The notes under the pieces were generated by a model. It made no database searches, was not told the origin of the DNA, and saw only the letters and a program-made list of their open reading frames with translations. From Raillietiella orientalis (Eukaryota), in contig JAYWIR010000021.1 of the NCBI GenBank assembly GCA_036172245.1, forward strand, positions 1,302,001 through 1,366,000: 64,000 bases of DNA, given 5' to 3'. The position numbers and the translations under genes are program-made. Every line of letters begins with the position of its first letter. Position 1 is the first letter of the stretch. Positions 48,146-60,918 of the stretch are shown piece after piece.

Positions 48146-51100
48146 TCGGAACGCGCGTTTCCCGCCCTGTCCTGCCCCACGCCGGCCCTGAGGAGAAGCG
48201 CTGGGGAGGAGGGTCTTCGGATGCTGTAGATGCTGTCTTGACCTCCCGTTCTCTCCTTGCTCCTCCTTCGCTTCCACCCTCGGATTGCCCGCTCCTTTCG
48301 GTACGGCGGCGGCAACCGGAAGTCCTGGCTCCTCCGAGCAGAAGATCCCACTTTTCACCGCAGTCACCGCCCCTGGCCACACGTCAGGCCATTCCTCCCC
48401 TTCTGTCCCCACGTTCCTCCTTGAGCTTGGTCGCGCTCAGCCTCCGGGAAAAAGCGCTGCGTGCGCCGCCTGCAACAATCATGGAGCATCGGCGACCCTC
48501 TTCGAGGATATTTTCGTGACCCGGGGCGCGCGCGCGCCGAAGCAGGTTCCTCTCCACAGGATCCCTCCCGCTAAGACACAGCCTCCACGTGCGTGGCTCA
48601 GCGTAGTACACTCACGGCGAAGATGGGCGCTGCCCCGCCTTCTTCGACCCGCCTTCAAGTTCTATCTCACCTCTGATACGAAAAGAAAAAGCCCCAATCC
48701 CTATGGGATCGACTGTGAGGGTGGAAAGCTCCAGCGCACCAGACACTCCAGCAGCCGAGAGCATGGTGACAGTTGCGAGGAAACGACTTGGCCTTCGTTG
48801 CACACGTCATCGCGCCCCCGGAATCCGGCAGATCCTCCTCCGTGGAGATGGCAAGGCGAATGATCTCTGCCCATGGTGCGCTCTTAAGAGATGACTTGCA
48901 GTGATGCCACAGCAACCTACGATGTGACGTCCACAGCCGTTCTTGCAGTGAGTGCCTGTCATCGCTGCAGTCATGGTATTTTTCCTCTCAGGAAAGATTC
49001 TGGAAGACCTGGATTCGTTGGCTGTCCTTCCTGTGAACAGTTCGGATTGGACGACGGTGGCAACTTCCAAACGGCGCAAGCGCGGCACGGATCTTATTGC
49101 TCCAGAGAGCGTCCCGGTAAATCTTCTCGCTCCTTCAAGGTGGCCCACTGGTGAGGTTTCGCTCGGGTGCCCATGGTGCAGCACGGAATGCTCTGCGAGG
49201 ATGGCATGCGTCCGCCGCATTCCAGCGACGGCTCTTAGGAACTGCTGGGACAGTGAAAGGTCGCAGCTGCCATTGTGACATGGGACTCAGGTGGCTGCGC
49301 ACTTTAATTGGCTCCCGTGGAGGGAAGAGAAAGGGAGGCGGAAAAACGGAAGCTCGGTGGCGGAGGAGCGCGGGAGACCTGCTGGCTCCCGTGGGCACAA
49401 TGGTCCGTTCGCAACGCCGGGGGCGCCAGAGGACCTTCGCGGTTCTCCCCTGCCGCGTGCCCATCGGAGACCCCGTTTCGAAGAACTCGCGCTTTTCTTT
49501 CTGACCACGTGTCGCATCCTGCGAACTTGCCCCCGCCTCCTCATTCCTCCCTCCCCTCCCCCCCGTTCCCCCGAGGCCTAACGGAGAGCGCGCCGGGCTC
49601 GTTCCGGAGAACGTGCCGTCGACCACCGCGCTCAGGGGCAGACCACTCTACCTTGTCCGTGGCTCCCTGCTCCGTGGAGCTGCGAGCCCGTGGGGGTGAC
49701 GGGCAGCTGGGGTTCCGCCTTGGGCGCGCCCTCGGGAGCGTCGAAGAAGGTGCGGGGAGTCTCTCTAAGCGCCCGCCGAAGGTGACAAAGGGAACACAGA
49801 ACCCGCTGCCGGGAGCGGCTGGCATGCTGGCTGCATGGGTGGGACTCTCGGAGGAGGGATCGGCGGGAACTTCGGATCGGCCTCTCCTGGTCGCACCTTC
49901 CGAGGAGTGGCGAGGGCGAGAATGATCTTCGCCCGCACCGGGGAGTGGTCGGACGAGCGCGCAGCGGCGGCGGCCTGCGACGCAAGAGAAAGCAGGACGT
50001 TGCCCCCGCCGGCCCTCTTCCCCGGGTCCTCACCGGGAGGGCCTTGTCAGAGCGGCGCCGGAAACTCCGTTTCGCGCTTCCCCTTCGCCCTTCCCTCCGG
50101 GACGCCTGCCGACGGGGCCCATCAGAAGTCGGGCGGTCCCTGGGTCGGGCATCTATAAGGAAAACAAACTTCCCAGGAAGTGGGAAAACGAGGAGCAGCG
50201 CCGGTCCCTTGCCACGTTGCAGCATCCCGGAGGAAGGGGAGGAAGAGGACGGGCGGTATCCATGACGACCGCGGAGCTCGCGGCGAGCTCGCAGACTAAA
50301 CAAAAAGGCGCAACGTTGTTGCCGTTGTGTTTAGTCTGCGGGTGGGTGATGGGGCGCGTGAGATCGGCTGCCAGGCTGCGCGAGCCGGAAGGAGGGGGGG
50401 GGGGGAAATGTGGCTACTTCTTTCGTGCTCGCTACTGCGGAGGCGTCGTGGTCGGCCTTATTCACGCGCCGTGAGTTCGAGGCGGCTCCCTACGCGCGCG
50501 CGCGCACCCAGTTTGGAGTTCACACGAGTTCACCGGTCATTCAGTTCCACCTCCCCCATCAAGGAGAGAGGGGAGGGGGGGAGCCGGAGTCGTCGTCTCC
50601 GTCGTCGTCCCGGAGACTCTGCGCGATCTGGTCCAGGAGCCGGCACTTTCTCCCGCCGAGCCCCGGAACCGGGCGGCTTTTCCCGTTTCCGGGTCGCTCT
50701 CGCCGCTGCTGCCGTTGCCGCCCCCACCTTTTTCGTGTTTTCGCTCTTCCGCCTCCGGCAGGGAATTTGCGGAGCTTCCCTTTCCTTCCGGGAGACGCGT
50801 CTCACCTTCCGGCTCCGCAGAGTTCGCCCACCAAAGAGCCAGAGGCCAGCTCGGAGCAGTTGCGTAGCAACCTGCGTGTCACCGCGGGGCTCTTGCTTCC
50901 CCTCCTACTGACGGCGGAGCCTTCGGCTGCATCTCCTAGCGGCCCGGGCCGGGGACGCGTTCCCCTGGAAGCGGAGGGCGGAATGCTCGGAGGCCCCGGG
51001 CTCCTCCTCCTTCCCTACTCCTGACGTCAGCAGGGAGCCGGCTCGCGAAAGACGCCGGACGTTTGCAATCGATCGCCTCGAGCCCGGAGGGCGCCTCTCT

Positions 51101-53748
51101 GGAGCTCGCGGAGGTTCCAGGGGTCGTGTCCCGGGAAGGCTCGGAAGAGGATGGGAAAAGCTAGAAAATGTGGGGGGTGGGGGGATCTGGCGCCGGGGTT
51201 CCTTGGGTCTCTTCGCCTGGGTCCGCGTACTCCCGAGCCAACGGTAGTGGATGGAGGAGGCGGTGGCTCTCCGCCCCTGCGCACACTGGCTCCTCGGCAG
51301 GCGGCAGCTGGAACCATCCCGAGTCGGCGCCCGCGAGGCCACTGCATCCGTGACAGGTCTCAGACCCGCCGCCGCGATCTCCACCTCCTCCTCTGACCGC
51401 TTCTCTCTTCCTTCCTTAGTCTTCCCTTCCCCATAGAGGTAGGGGGCAAAAAAAATAAAATAAAAATGGCGCTGCGTCATCATCCGTGCCTGCAATGATC
51501 GCCGCTGCTACCGACACAGCGCTTTTTTCTTTTTTTTTGTCCCCTGCCTGGACGGGGAAGTGGAAGCTGAAGAAGGAGGAAGGAGGAAGAAGGAAGAAGG
51601 GAAGGGGAGGGAGGAGATCGCAGCGGGGGGTCTGTGGCCCTCCACGCCGCCGGAGAGTGCCGGGATTTTTGAGCAACCGCGGGCGCCCGACATCCTTCCG
51701 CCGGCACATCCCTCGTCCTTGGGGTCATCCTTCTGAAAACCGGGAAGCCTAGTGCTCAGCTTCCCGTTGCCACGGGGCACCCCCGGATCCACCGAAGTGC
51801 AAGGCGGGAGGAAAGGTTGGGGGGATTAGAACAAGGCGGAGGCGGGGGAGGGGACAGCGCGGGAGGCGTGTGAGTTCCTGCGGATCGAAACACCAGGAAA
51901 GTCGCGCGGTAGTCCTTCTGACAGGAAAGCAGGGAAGGAGGAGAACCGCGAAACGAGGGAAACGGAGACACCTGCGCCCCCTCTCGGTTTCTTCTTGTTC
52001 CCTCGCGCCAATGGAAGTCGGATCCGCGGCAGCGTCAACGAAGATCATGCAGCGGCAGCGCAAACCGAGATCGGACCCGTTGCGGCGCCAACAGTGATGA
52101 GATTCCTTCTTGCTGGAATTCCGCTGCTTCCTCTTGGCAGGGAGAGCGAAGGGAAGTCTCAGGCCGCGTCGCCAACACCAGACTCCGGGTGCACATCGTC
52201 TCGGGAGGGTGGAGGTCATCTTTCCGACCTCCTCGCGTAGGGATAGCAGGCGGCACCTCGTAAGGGCGGAGCGCCTCCCCGCCGGCGTCCCTGATCCGAT
52301 CTACTGCTCTATTCTCGTTTTCGCTCCCTCCCCCACGTCCTGGGAATCCGCTCCCTCGGATTCTCGGATCTCGATGTCGGCGCCATGACGTCATCACGCG
52401 CGGACCCGTCGGGAGGTCCGTTCTTTTCGAGGAAGCTTCCGGTTTCACCCCGCAGCCCGGGGACCCCCGCACGCGAATCGTGACGGGCCGAGGAGGGGAC
52501 GGCCGCAGATGACTCAGCCCGCGTCTCCCTCCCCCCCATTCCCCGAAGGAAGGGACCTCGCAGCTCCGCGCGTGCTGAGAGGGCGGAAAAGGAGGAGGAG
52601 GATGGACCGTGGCGAAAACGAAGGCTCCCCTAATGAAATCAGCCGCAGCTGTCATCCCCAAAGATGCGCCCCTCTGCTGCTCCCAGAAGCGGGCGAGGAA
52701 GGGGCCGCTTGCATGCTCTTCAGAGTGAGCGCTCTCGTCGGCTTGGCAGCGCCGCCGACCCTTCCCATGGCCCCTGCGGAATTCACCTCGAGAAGGGCGC
52801 CAGGGTCCCCACGCCCTTTGAGAAGGACACGGCGGAGCATCCCCTGCAGGATACGCCCGGACGCACATGCATCCAGCTGAGCTCGGAGTGCCCGACGCGG
52901 TGCTCTCCGACCTGGCAGGAAGGAGGGAGAGTGGGACGTGTAGAGACGCCCCCACTTGCGCAGCTCCCGATGGCATTCTTCGGTAGCGAGGTTCCAGGAA
53001 GGGTTCGAAAAACGGGAAAGAAGCTTCGGGAGGGAGGTGCAACCTAAGGGGGAAGGCGCGGGGGGCTGGAACTGCTCTTTGGTAATGGCACCCGGTGGCA
53101 GGGTCCATGATGCTCGCGATGGGGCTGGTGGCCACTCGAGGGCTCTTTGCCTCCTGCTGGGAGCAGCTGCCTGGTCCAGGCGATGGATGCAAGGCGGGGC
53201 GAAACCTAGTCTCCCAAAAAGCGGCCCCTGCTGCTCTGGACTTGACTCCGCTGTGGCGTCTTCTCCGCAAAAAGATGCCAGTAAGACTCCTCCCTCATCG
53301 GAGCGCCCGATGGGCGGCAACTGCTCGCCCTTGCGCTTGACTCAAGCAGCAGTAGCCGAGTTCCGCACTTCAGGAGACCGAATGGGTTTCCTTCGAAAAC
53401 TTCCTTCGAGCGGCATCTCCGGGAACAAGGACTCCACCGGGCTCCTGTTGCCTCCTTAGATGAGACTCCCTCTGGGGCGTTCTCGGCAAAAGCGAGCGCC
53501 ATCAGCGACGGAAGGCGCCATCAGACCGAAAGCCACGAAAGACGAAGAGGCGCACGAACCTGCCCCATTCTTACTCGGGTTCATCCTCCTACGTGCAAGA
53601 AGAAGCGGTGGTTGTGCACTGTGGTTCCGATTCATACATCATTTTGCCCCTACAAGGCAATGATGCCCACCGTCCACGCTTCACAGCCCCGGGCGCATCG
53701 TGGAGCACATTCTGGATGTATCTTTAGCATGATGGAGCACAACGGAAA

Positions 53749-54030
53749 TCCTCAGGTCACGGGACGCAGCCTCCGTGTGCTTCCGGCATCACGGGGGATT
53801 CCGTGTGTCTTTGACCTCTGCGCAGCATTCCTGGAATCACAGGAAGCAGTCTCCGTGTGTTTTCGACGTCACGGAGGGTCCTCCGTGCGTCTTTGACCTC
53901 TGTGCAGAACTCCTGGAGCCACGGGACACAGCCTCCGTGTGCCTGGACTCCGTGTCGCGGCCTCCTGAAGTCACAGGATCCAGCCTCCGTGTGCTTCTGA
54001 CGTCACGGAGGACCCTCCGTGTGTTGTGGA
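53749..54030. repeat. ~81-bp minisatellite, ~3.5 diverged copies
   Basis: Unit approx. tcctggagtcacgggacgcagcctccgtgtgcttccgacgtcacggagggtcctccgtgtgtctttgacctctgcgcagca; copies start near 53749, 53829, 53911 (shortened) and 53963. Confidence 0.85.
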
Positions 54031-55137
54031 CGCCATGGAAAAGGAAGCCGTAAACGGGTCGAGAGGAGGTCAGTTCGAAAAGAGCGCGCGTCTCACCTTG
54101 AGGGCAAAACGCAGGTGGGCGAGGCGATGTGCTCGCGGTGCACTCCGCAGAAACACCTCCTCGCTGGAGAGCGCACGGCAGCCGCAGGGCTCCAGAGTAG
54201 ACCGGCGCGTTCCGGCCACGAGCGGGCGGGCGGCTTCCTCTGGGTCGCTCGCGAGATGCCCACGTGCGCCGGGAGCGAGCGAGAGCTCCCTCGCGGGTTC
54301 GAGGACACGGTTGTATCCCAGAGATGTTCCGGGAGGGAGGGAGGGACGTGCGCGAGGATGTCGCCGCGGAGTCAGGCGCGTCCTGCATGCGCCCTCCCTT
54401 AATGCCATCGATGTCATCAAGCCCGGACCGTTCCCAGGACCGGCTCGCGTCGCAAGACGATCGGAAGTGGCGCGCGCGCGCTTACGAGCGAGCACGTTCG
54501 GTTGCTCGCGTCGCCCGGAGGCCCAGCACGGGAGATGCAGAGCGGCTACAGCCTCGTTCGTGCCGCTCGGGACGCCTGACCTGACGCTGCGGGCGGCTCG
54601 AGCGCGCCGACGAGGCGAAGGGCTTGCGCGCTCGCGACTCGCCCCACTGAAAAGCGTCCTCTGGTGTCCCCGTCCCTCGGGGACAACAGGGCGCACCTCG
54701 ACGGTGACGTCCCCGGCGCGCGTGTCTCCGGTAGGAGTCACTGGTCCAAGGTGGGGGGTCCCCCGATGGGAAGCCGGAATGGCTGGTGGGAGGAGCAGGG
54801 AAGAGGAAGGACAGCAGACCTCCACAACAGGAGGTCAAGGTCCCGAGAGGGTGCACTTGCATCTCCCCACCTTCCCGGAGGGAAGGCGAATCCCCATCGC
54901 TAGCGCTCGCTGCGGACTCCCTCGGACGCGACCGCTGGAGGGCGAAGTCCGCGCTGTCCACTTTTCCTTTTGTTGCGTGAGGGAGAGAGGAGGGAAGGAG
55001 GAGGAGGTGGCGAGGGGGAGAGGGAGGGAACTGGGTCATCCGTCGCTGCCGCAGCCTCCGCAACCGGAATCGGCGGCGCGGCGGCGGACCCGGACCGGAA
55101 AGCGGCGAGAGTGAAATCGGTGGCCCTTCCGCCGCAC

Positions 55138-55293
55138 TTTTTAAAGGAGTCGGATGGCGCTCGGGCCGTGCACTCAGTCGGTCAGCGGCGGTGCCACGAC
55201 AACGACGACGGCCAGGACGCCGACTGAGACTTCCCCCCACGGCTCGCGCACACATCGTCCCAGGCACGCGGACCCGACCCTCCACAGGTCAGT
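55138..55293 (+). promoter_or_regulatory. Putative core promoter and non-coding first exon of the secreted-protein gene
   Basis: TTTAAA at 55140, arthropod initiator-like TCAGTC at 55174-55179, ATG-free segment ending CAG|gtcagt at 55287. Pairs with the acceptor tctcccag|GATG at 57075. Confidence 0.45.
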
Positions 55294-57076
55294 GGGCGGA
55301 GGACCCTCCCGGAGCCTTGCTATCGCAAGGGTGGGCGGGGATGATCAAAAGGGGAAGGGAGTGCAAAACGGAGGGCTTCATACGTTCCCCCCCCCCCCAT
55401 CCCTCCTGGTCGGCTCACCTGCTCTCGTGGCTATCTCTGCGGCGGTCTCCCTCGGGCTAACAGGGAGACCTCCGCGATCCCTCAAGCTGTCGGGCCTCCC
55501 TGGGATTTCATTCTATGACCCTCTCCAACTTCCCCCCCCCCTCGCTTCTCCATCCTATCCCAGCCGCCTCCTTGAAACCGGGGTGGGGAGAGCCGACCGA
55601 GTGGAGGAAACTGCCGTTGACCCGAGAGGCGAAGGGAAGGGAGGAGGCAAGGACCCCTCCCCCATCAGAGTCCCCGCCGGCAAGGGAGCCAAAGCTCGGT
55701 CTCCTCCGTCCTTCCAGCATCCCTGCAGTCGAGGACCTCCGCTGGGAGCATCACCTGGGGAGCCAGCGGAGGGTGCAGAGGGAATGGGAAGGAAGCTCCG
55801 GATTGAACGCTCACTTCACCCGCGGTCCCCTCTCATGAGCGGCGTCGCTCGACTCCCCGCAGGCCAGGAGAAAAAAGAGAACAGAGACGCCGTCGGGTAA
55901 GATCCGAAGATCTCCCAGCGGGGGAGACTGCGTCTTCACCTGTCACACCGGCCGCCGCTCCTCTCCGCGCGTGGCTCCCTCTCCCCAGGGGCCAGGGGCC
56001 GCGTTCCCTCTTTGCTAGAGCGAGGGAAGGGACAGAGCGTCGAAAGAGTCGGGAAGGAGGGCATTGCTGAGGAGACAGAGGCGGCCCCGGAAGCATCCTT
56101 TTCCTTCCAGATCCCACGCCTCCTCCTCTCTCGGTCCCCTTGGAGTGTCACCCGAAGCGAGAAAGAGCGGATCCTCTGGGACTCCCACGAGAAAGGGGCC
56201 GCGTCGCTGAAACAACTTACGCGTAGGGGCCGCCGCCGTGGCAGGTGGCTCTCAGCGGCCACCAGAGCGGGGGAGTGGAAGTGATAAAATGGGCTTTGAA
56301 GAGCTGTGCTCCTAAGAGGGCTGGAGGGAGAGACAGGCACAGGCGAACGGCAACAGCTCTTTCACCTGTCTCCAGGGGACCGCTGCCAGTGGGCAGCTCC
56401 CCCCCCCAGCTGGAGAAATGGGGCAGCCGTGAACACAAACTCTTCCCGGACCTGTGGGAAAACGGCGTCACCGGTGGGTGGTGCCACGGTGGAAGTGTCG
56501 CTCGTCCCATGTGGGAGGAAGGACGACCCAAGAAGCTCTTCGTCCTTTGGCGAGTACGTCGCGCACCGTCAGCTGGGGTCCGAGCGCCGCCGTCCCCCAT
56601 GCGTGGAACGGCAGCGACCTACATCGCTAGGGGACGGGGTACTGGGAGCCGCTCAGGAAAAGCCACAGGAGCGCAGAAGAAGCTGCATATCCATGGAGAC
56701 GGCCGCTGCGCGGCTGACTTCTGTGTTAGCCGCCGTTATGTGGTTTCGACATTCGAGCCGTCCTGCCGAGATGGAGAGACGGGACGACGGCACTGCGGAC
56801 CCAAGCTTTCCTCAGGAATACACTGGCGCTCCGAACGCTTCCGGGGGCATCTACGGGACGCTCTTCTTAGCGAGCAGCGGACTGGGAAACTGGGACGGGG
56901 GAGGGGAGAGGGACGAGAAGGGACTAGGGATGGAGAAGCCTTCTGTGCTTCCCTTCGACCCCAGCCGTGGGGAAGAGGAATATCCCTTTGAGCCGTCGAC
57001 ATGTGCTCAGAATCGCGACGGGCGCGCGCCCTCCTATGCACCGGCATCTCATCTCCCTCCTCTTCTCTCTCCCAGG

Positions 57077-59037
57077 ATGATGCTGAAGATGAAGTTCGCT
57101 GTGGTCATGCTGGCCGTTCTGCTTCCTAGCACGGTCCTTCTCTCAGAAGTCCCGGACGCTGACGCTGCAGCTGCCGACGCCGCTGAGCGGTCTGTCTCCT
57201 CCGAGGGCGTTCACGACGACGTGGACGGCGCTAGCGCCACACCGCCAATAGAGAACAGCTCTGGATCCACTCAACCCGCTGAAAACCGGACAGGTGGCGA
57301 CCTCTCCGACAACGCCCCGAAGCGCTCGGGAAAGTCGTTCACCTACAACCTCGTGAAGAAAAACAGAGTCCCTGATGAGGTCACGGTGGTGACAAGCCAC
57401 CTGAACATCGCTCCAGGAAGTTCCAAATCCGGAAAAGAGCACATCGGCCCGGAAGGCATCCCCGTCATCGAAGGGGTGCGACGTCCGGACAACAAGTCCG
57501 ACGGAGGCACCTACCGGAACGCGAAGGTCATCAACGGCCAGCTCGTCTCCAGGAAGAGCAAGTCCGGCAGGATCCTGAACTTCCCCGCTGACGGAGGCGG
57601 CGAGTCGTTCCCCTACTCCGTCTTTCCCAGCGGCGGAGCCAACCTGGCCTCCACGGGTCATCACCAGCTGCTCAATCAGATCCCAGAGACCTCCAAGAAC
57701 CCGTACCAGGGCATCCCGGCGAGCGAATTCCAGGCCTACGGGGGTGTCCAGCAACAGCCGCAGCCTCCGCACCTCAACGTCCAGCAGCAGCCGCAACCTC
57801 CGCTTCTCAACGTCCAGCAGCAACCGCAGCGTCCGCTTCTCAACCATCGCCCCGTCCATACCCACGCCTTCCCCGTGAACCGGGGACCTTCCTCGTACCC
57901 CCAGGGTAGCTACCGTCCCTCTGCTTTCCCTCCCGAGACCTCCCAGCATCAGCAGCAGCAGTACCTCTACTACCCTGGCGGCGGGGCCAACCGTGTGGGC
58001 GGCGGCCCCCCCCTTCCGCTCCTCGCCTACCCGCACCTCGTGGACCCGCACCGGCAGATCCCCAACTACAACGTGCCCTTTGACGGCGCGGACTCCGGGG
58101 AGTTTGACGACTACGAGCAGGAGGACAGCTTCGTGAAGAAACTGTACAAGGGCTTCGTGAAGAGCAACGAGGCACTGCGGGAGGTAGTCAACCCGGTCGT
58201 GGAGCCCTTCGTTGAGGCGGGAAAAAAAGTGACCAGCTCCATCGGGAAGGTCTTCCAACCCAAAGACATCAACAGGCAGGACGTCGTCGCGCCGGCGGTG
58301 CTGGGAGGATCGCTTGCTCTGGCGGCGGTCGGACTGTCCTCGCTGGCAGCGGCAGCGTACTCCACCGGCGGCTTCAAGAACCTCACCTTGCCAGGGCTGC
58401 GTAACTTCAACTTCAGCCAGCTGCAGTTGCCGCTGCGCGTCAGCGGCATCTCCAAGAGGTCCTTGGAAGGAATAGACGACTTGAGCGAGAGGATCATTGA
58501 CGCGGTGGCCAGGAATGAGAACGAAAAGACTTTCCTGAGGATGTTCAACCGGGTGGTGGCCAGGGTGGCCTGCCCCCAGAGACTCGCATGTAACCTGATC
58601 TCCGCCTTGCCCAGATCACTCGTCGACGACGTCGACGAAGACATGCCAATCATCCTGCACAGGTGAGGGACGCCTACGGCAGCTGCTCCTAGCCGGGAGG
58701 AGGGGAAAGGGAGGCATACGGGATGAAGGGATTGAGGGAACAGGATCGCAGAACATCAGTGGTCACTGCCTCGGTCTCTCCTTCCTTCCCCCTCCCCCCT
58801 CCTCCCTGCGGAAGCTCAGCAGCTCGGCGCGCGCGAGGAAGGAGGGAGACACAGAAGCTAACTCGCCTTCTTCACCTCCTTCTCCCCAGGCTGGGCATAG
58901 ACCTGCGCACCTACGAGGTGATGAGGGACTCGATCGATGAAGCGGTGCGGACAAGGACCTGCAGAAAGATGCCTTGCTACCTGAGAGCGGAGGAGCCACC
59001 CGCTGCAGCCAGCAAGAAGTACGCGCTGGACACCTAA
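57077..59037 (+). CDS. Uncharacterised secreted protein, ~577 aa (signal peptide, Pro/Gln/Tyr-rich middle, hydrophobic segment, 4-Cys C-terminal module)
   Basis: Exons 57077-58662 and 58890-59037 (AG|gtgagg...gctaac...ccccag|G; 1734 nt, in frame). Strong C/G third-position bias. N-terminus MMLKMKFAVVMLAVLLPSTVLLS is signal-peptide-like; AATAAA follows ~150 nt after the stop. Confidence 0.85.
57746..57844 (+). repeat. 33-bp coding tandem repeat x3 (VQQQPQPPxLN)
   Basis: gtccagcaacagccgcagcctccgcacctcaac / gtccagcagcagccgcaacctccgcttctcaac / gtccagcagcaaccgcagcgtccgcttctcaac. Confidence 0.9.
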
Positions 59038-59185
59038 CGCAGGCCGAGCCAGAGAAGCCAGAGAAAGAGGAGGAACGCCAGGTGGGAGCCAGCGTGAAAC
59101 CGCTGGAGCAGCCTCCGGCACCGCCCCAGCGAGCTGCAAGAGCCAGTCACCCGGACGCCGGGTCACGTGGGCCCCGCTGAAGCCA

Positions 59186-59191
59186 AATAAA
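59186..59191 (+). terminator. Polyadenylation signal AATAAA of the secreted-protein gene
   Basis: AATAAA in otherwise GC-rich sequence ~150 nt after TAA, followed by a T/G-rich element (tgtacatttgtagttgg). Confidence 0.65.
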
Positions 59192-60792
59192 CCCGACCTG
59201 TACATTTGTAGTTGGCTTACAGTCCATTCGCGCCCGTGAGGGGGGGAGGAGACAGCAGCCGCAACTCTGGAATGGGTGGGACCCGCCGCCCTTCCCCTGA
59301 GGGGGAAAGGACCTTCTTCTACGGGTGACTTTGCCGAAAGCACGGCTCTATCCTACCCATCCGAGGGCGAGGAGCTCAGTGAAGGAGGTTGGGCGGAGAC
59401 GAAAGGGAAGACACACAGACAAACAGTGCCTCAGGGAGGCGCTTTCCCTCCCTCTGCCCTGCTTCCCCTTTATCCGAACATTACGAGTCCGGGCAGCGCC
59501 GTGCTAGCTGCGGGCGTGGATGTGGAAGTCGACCAAGACGACGGTCGGAGGCCGGTGGACCGGAACGCGAATGGCGCGCTCTCGAAGGCTCCTCTTTGAG
59601 CGCGCCGGCATGTTCCCTGAGCATCCCAGGCGGAGTCCCTCGGGTGATCTCGGATTTGCTTCCTGCAGGGACGACCCTGCCTCGGAAGACCCCTCGCACT
59701 CGCGCTGAGTGGCGGATGCTCCGCCCCTTCCTCCGGATGCGACATAGGCGATCAGGGACGAATGCATTCTCAAAGGGATTCTTCCGGGAGAGAGGGGGGA
59801 GAATCCCGGCTACAGGCTGGGAGGTACTCTGGAGGGTAAGCTGCCATCCGCGCCTTGCGCTGTTCGAGGGTTAGGAGCGCAGGGGAAGGAAGTGGGGGGG
59901 GGGGGGGGGCGACGAAAGGCCCGTTCCACTAGGGACGCCGGCGTACTCCGGAAAGCGCTCTTCCCTGATGAAAGTCCCACGCTTCTACGAAAGTTTCGGA
60001 CTTGTTTGGGCGTGCACTGGTCACATCAGGTTCTTCGGTCCCTCAGGTGCCGAGCAGACTGCCAAGAGATCTGTTCGCCATTCTCCGGGCGAAGATCTCC
60101 TGACTGATTTCTGCCGATGGCGCCCCCGAGTAGGGTCCGCCGGTGGGTCTCTCCACACGAGCACTCTACTTTCACCTTCTGCTCGCGATCTCCCACGAGC
60201 CGTTCGTGATTAATCCGTGCCCTAGATCTGGATGTCACTTCCTGATCCGAATGGCGTCATTACCTCGGAAAGACCGCTGGAATCCGTTCTGTTTTAGCCG
60301 AAGGAAGAACGGTCATCCTGCATGAGGCTATCAGAAGGAGGATCCTTTCATTGGAATGATGGTGGTCGTGTCCTGCCGTCTACGGCACGCCGAGAGCTCT
60401 CCTAACTTTAGGCTGGGTGGCCGCTTGTCCCCTCCCTGATTCTGCGGGCGCATTTTTAAAGCAAAAATGAAATGTAAATCGGAGGCACTCCAGCTCTTCA
60501 TCTTGAAACTTCTTCGAATGAGGTTAAATTCATTGGCAAGGTCATCTCATGGAAACTGTTTTTGCTCCAATTACTTTTCCCGGTATTCCAATCCAATTGG
60601 TTGACATTCTTTGCGTGGCATCTGAGCTACCCTGGAATTTCTGCCAACGATCTCGAGAAAAACAGGCAGTGGTTAAAAAAAAAAGGAAAAAAAAGAAGAA
60701 AAGAAAAGGAAAGGAAAGGGAAAAAAAAACACTGCAGCATTTGAAAACAGATAACTTTAGCCCGCGAAACAATTTCTTGAATCAGTTCACGC

Positions 60793-60918
60793 AACAATGC
60801 GATGCGCAGCGCAGCACAACAATAAAGAGGTGGAACTTGAGCTCCGTGAACAATGCGATGCGCCGCGCTACACAACAATAAAGAGGTGGAACTTGAGCTC
60901 CGTCAACAATGCGATGCG
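60793..60918. repeat. 56-bp tandem duplication (~2.3 copies)
   Basis: aacaatgcgatgcgc..cgc..cacaacaataaagaggtggaacttgagctccgt repeated at 60793 and 60849, partial at 60905, degenerate echo near 60960. Confidence 0.9.

Noticed and set aside
56306..57076. N-terminal 257 aa of the 786-aa ORF
   Set aside because: Lies upstream of a strong acceptor (tctcccag|GATG) and the signal peptide; starts at a non-ATG codon and lacks coding bias, so it is most likely intron.
57143..58258. 371-aa minus-strand ORF
   Set aside because: Antisense shadow of the secreted-protein exon.
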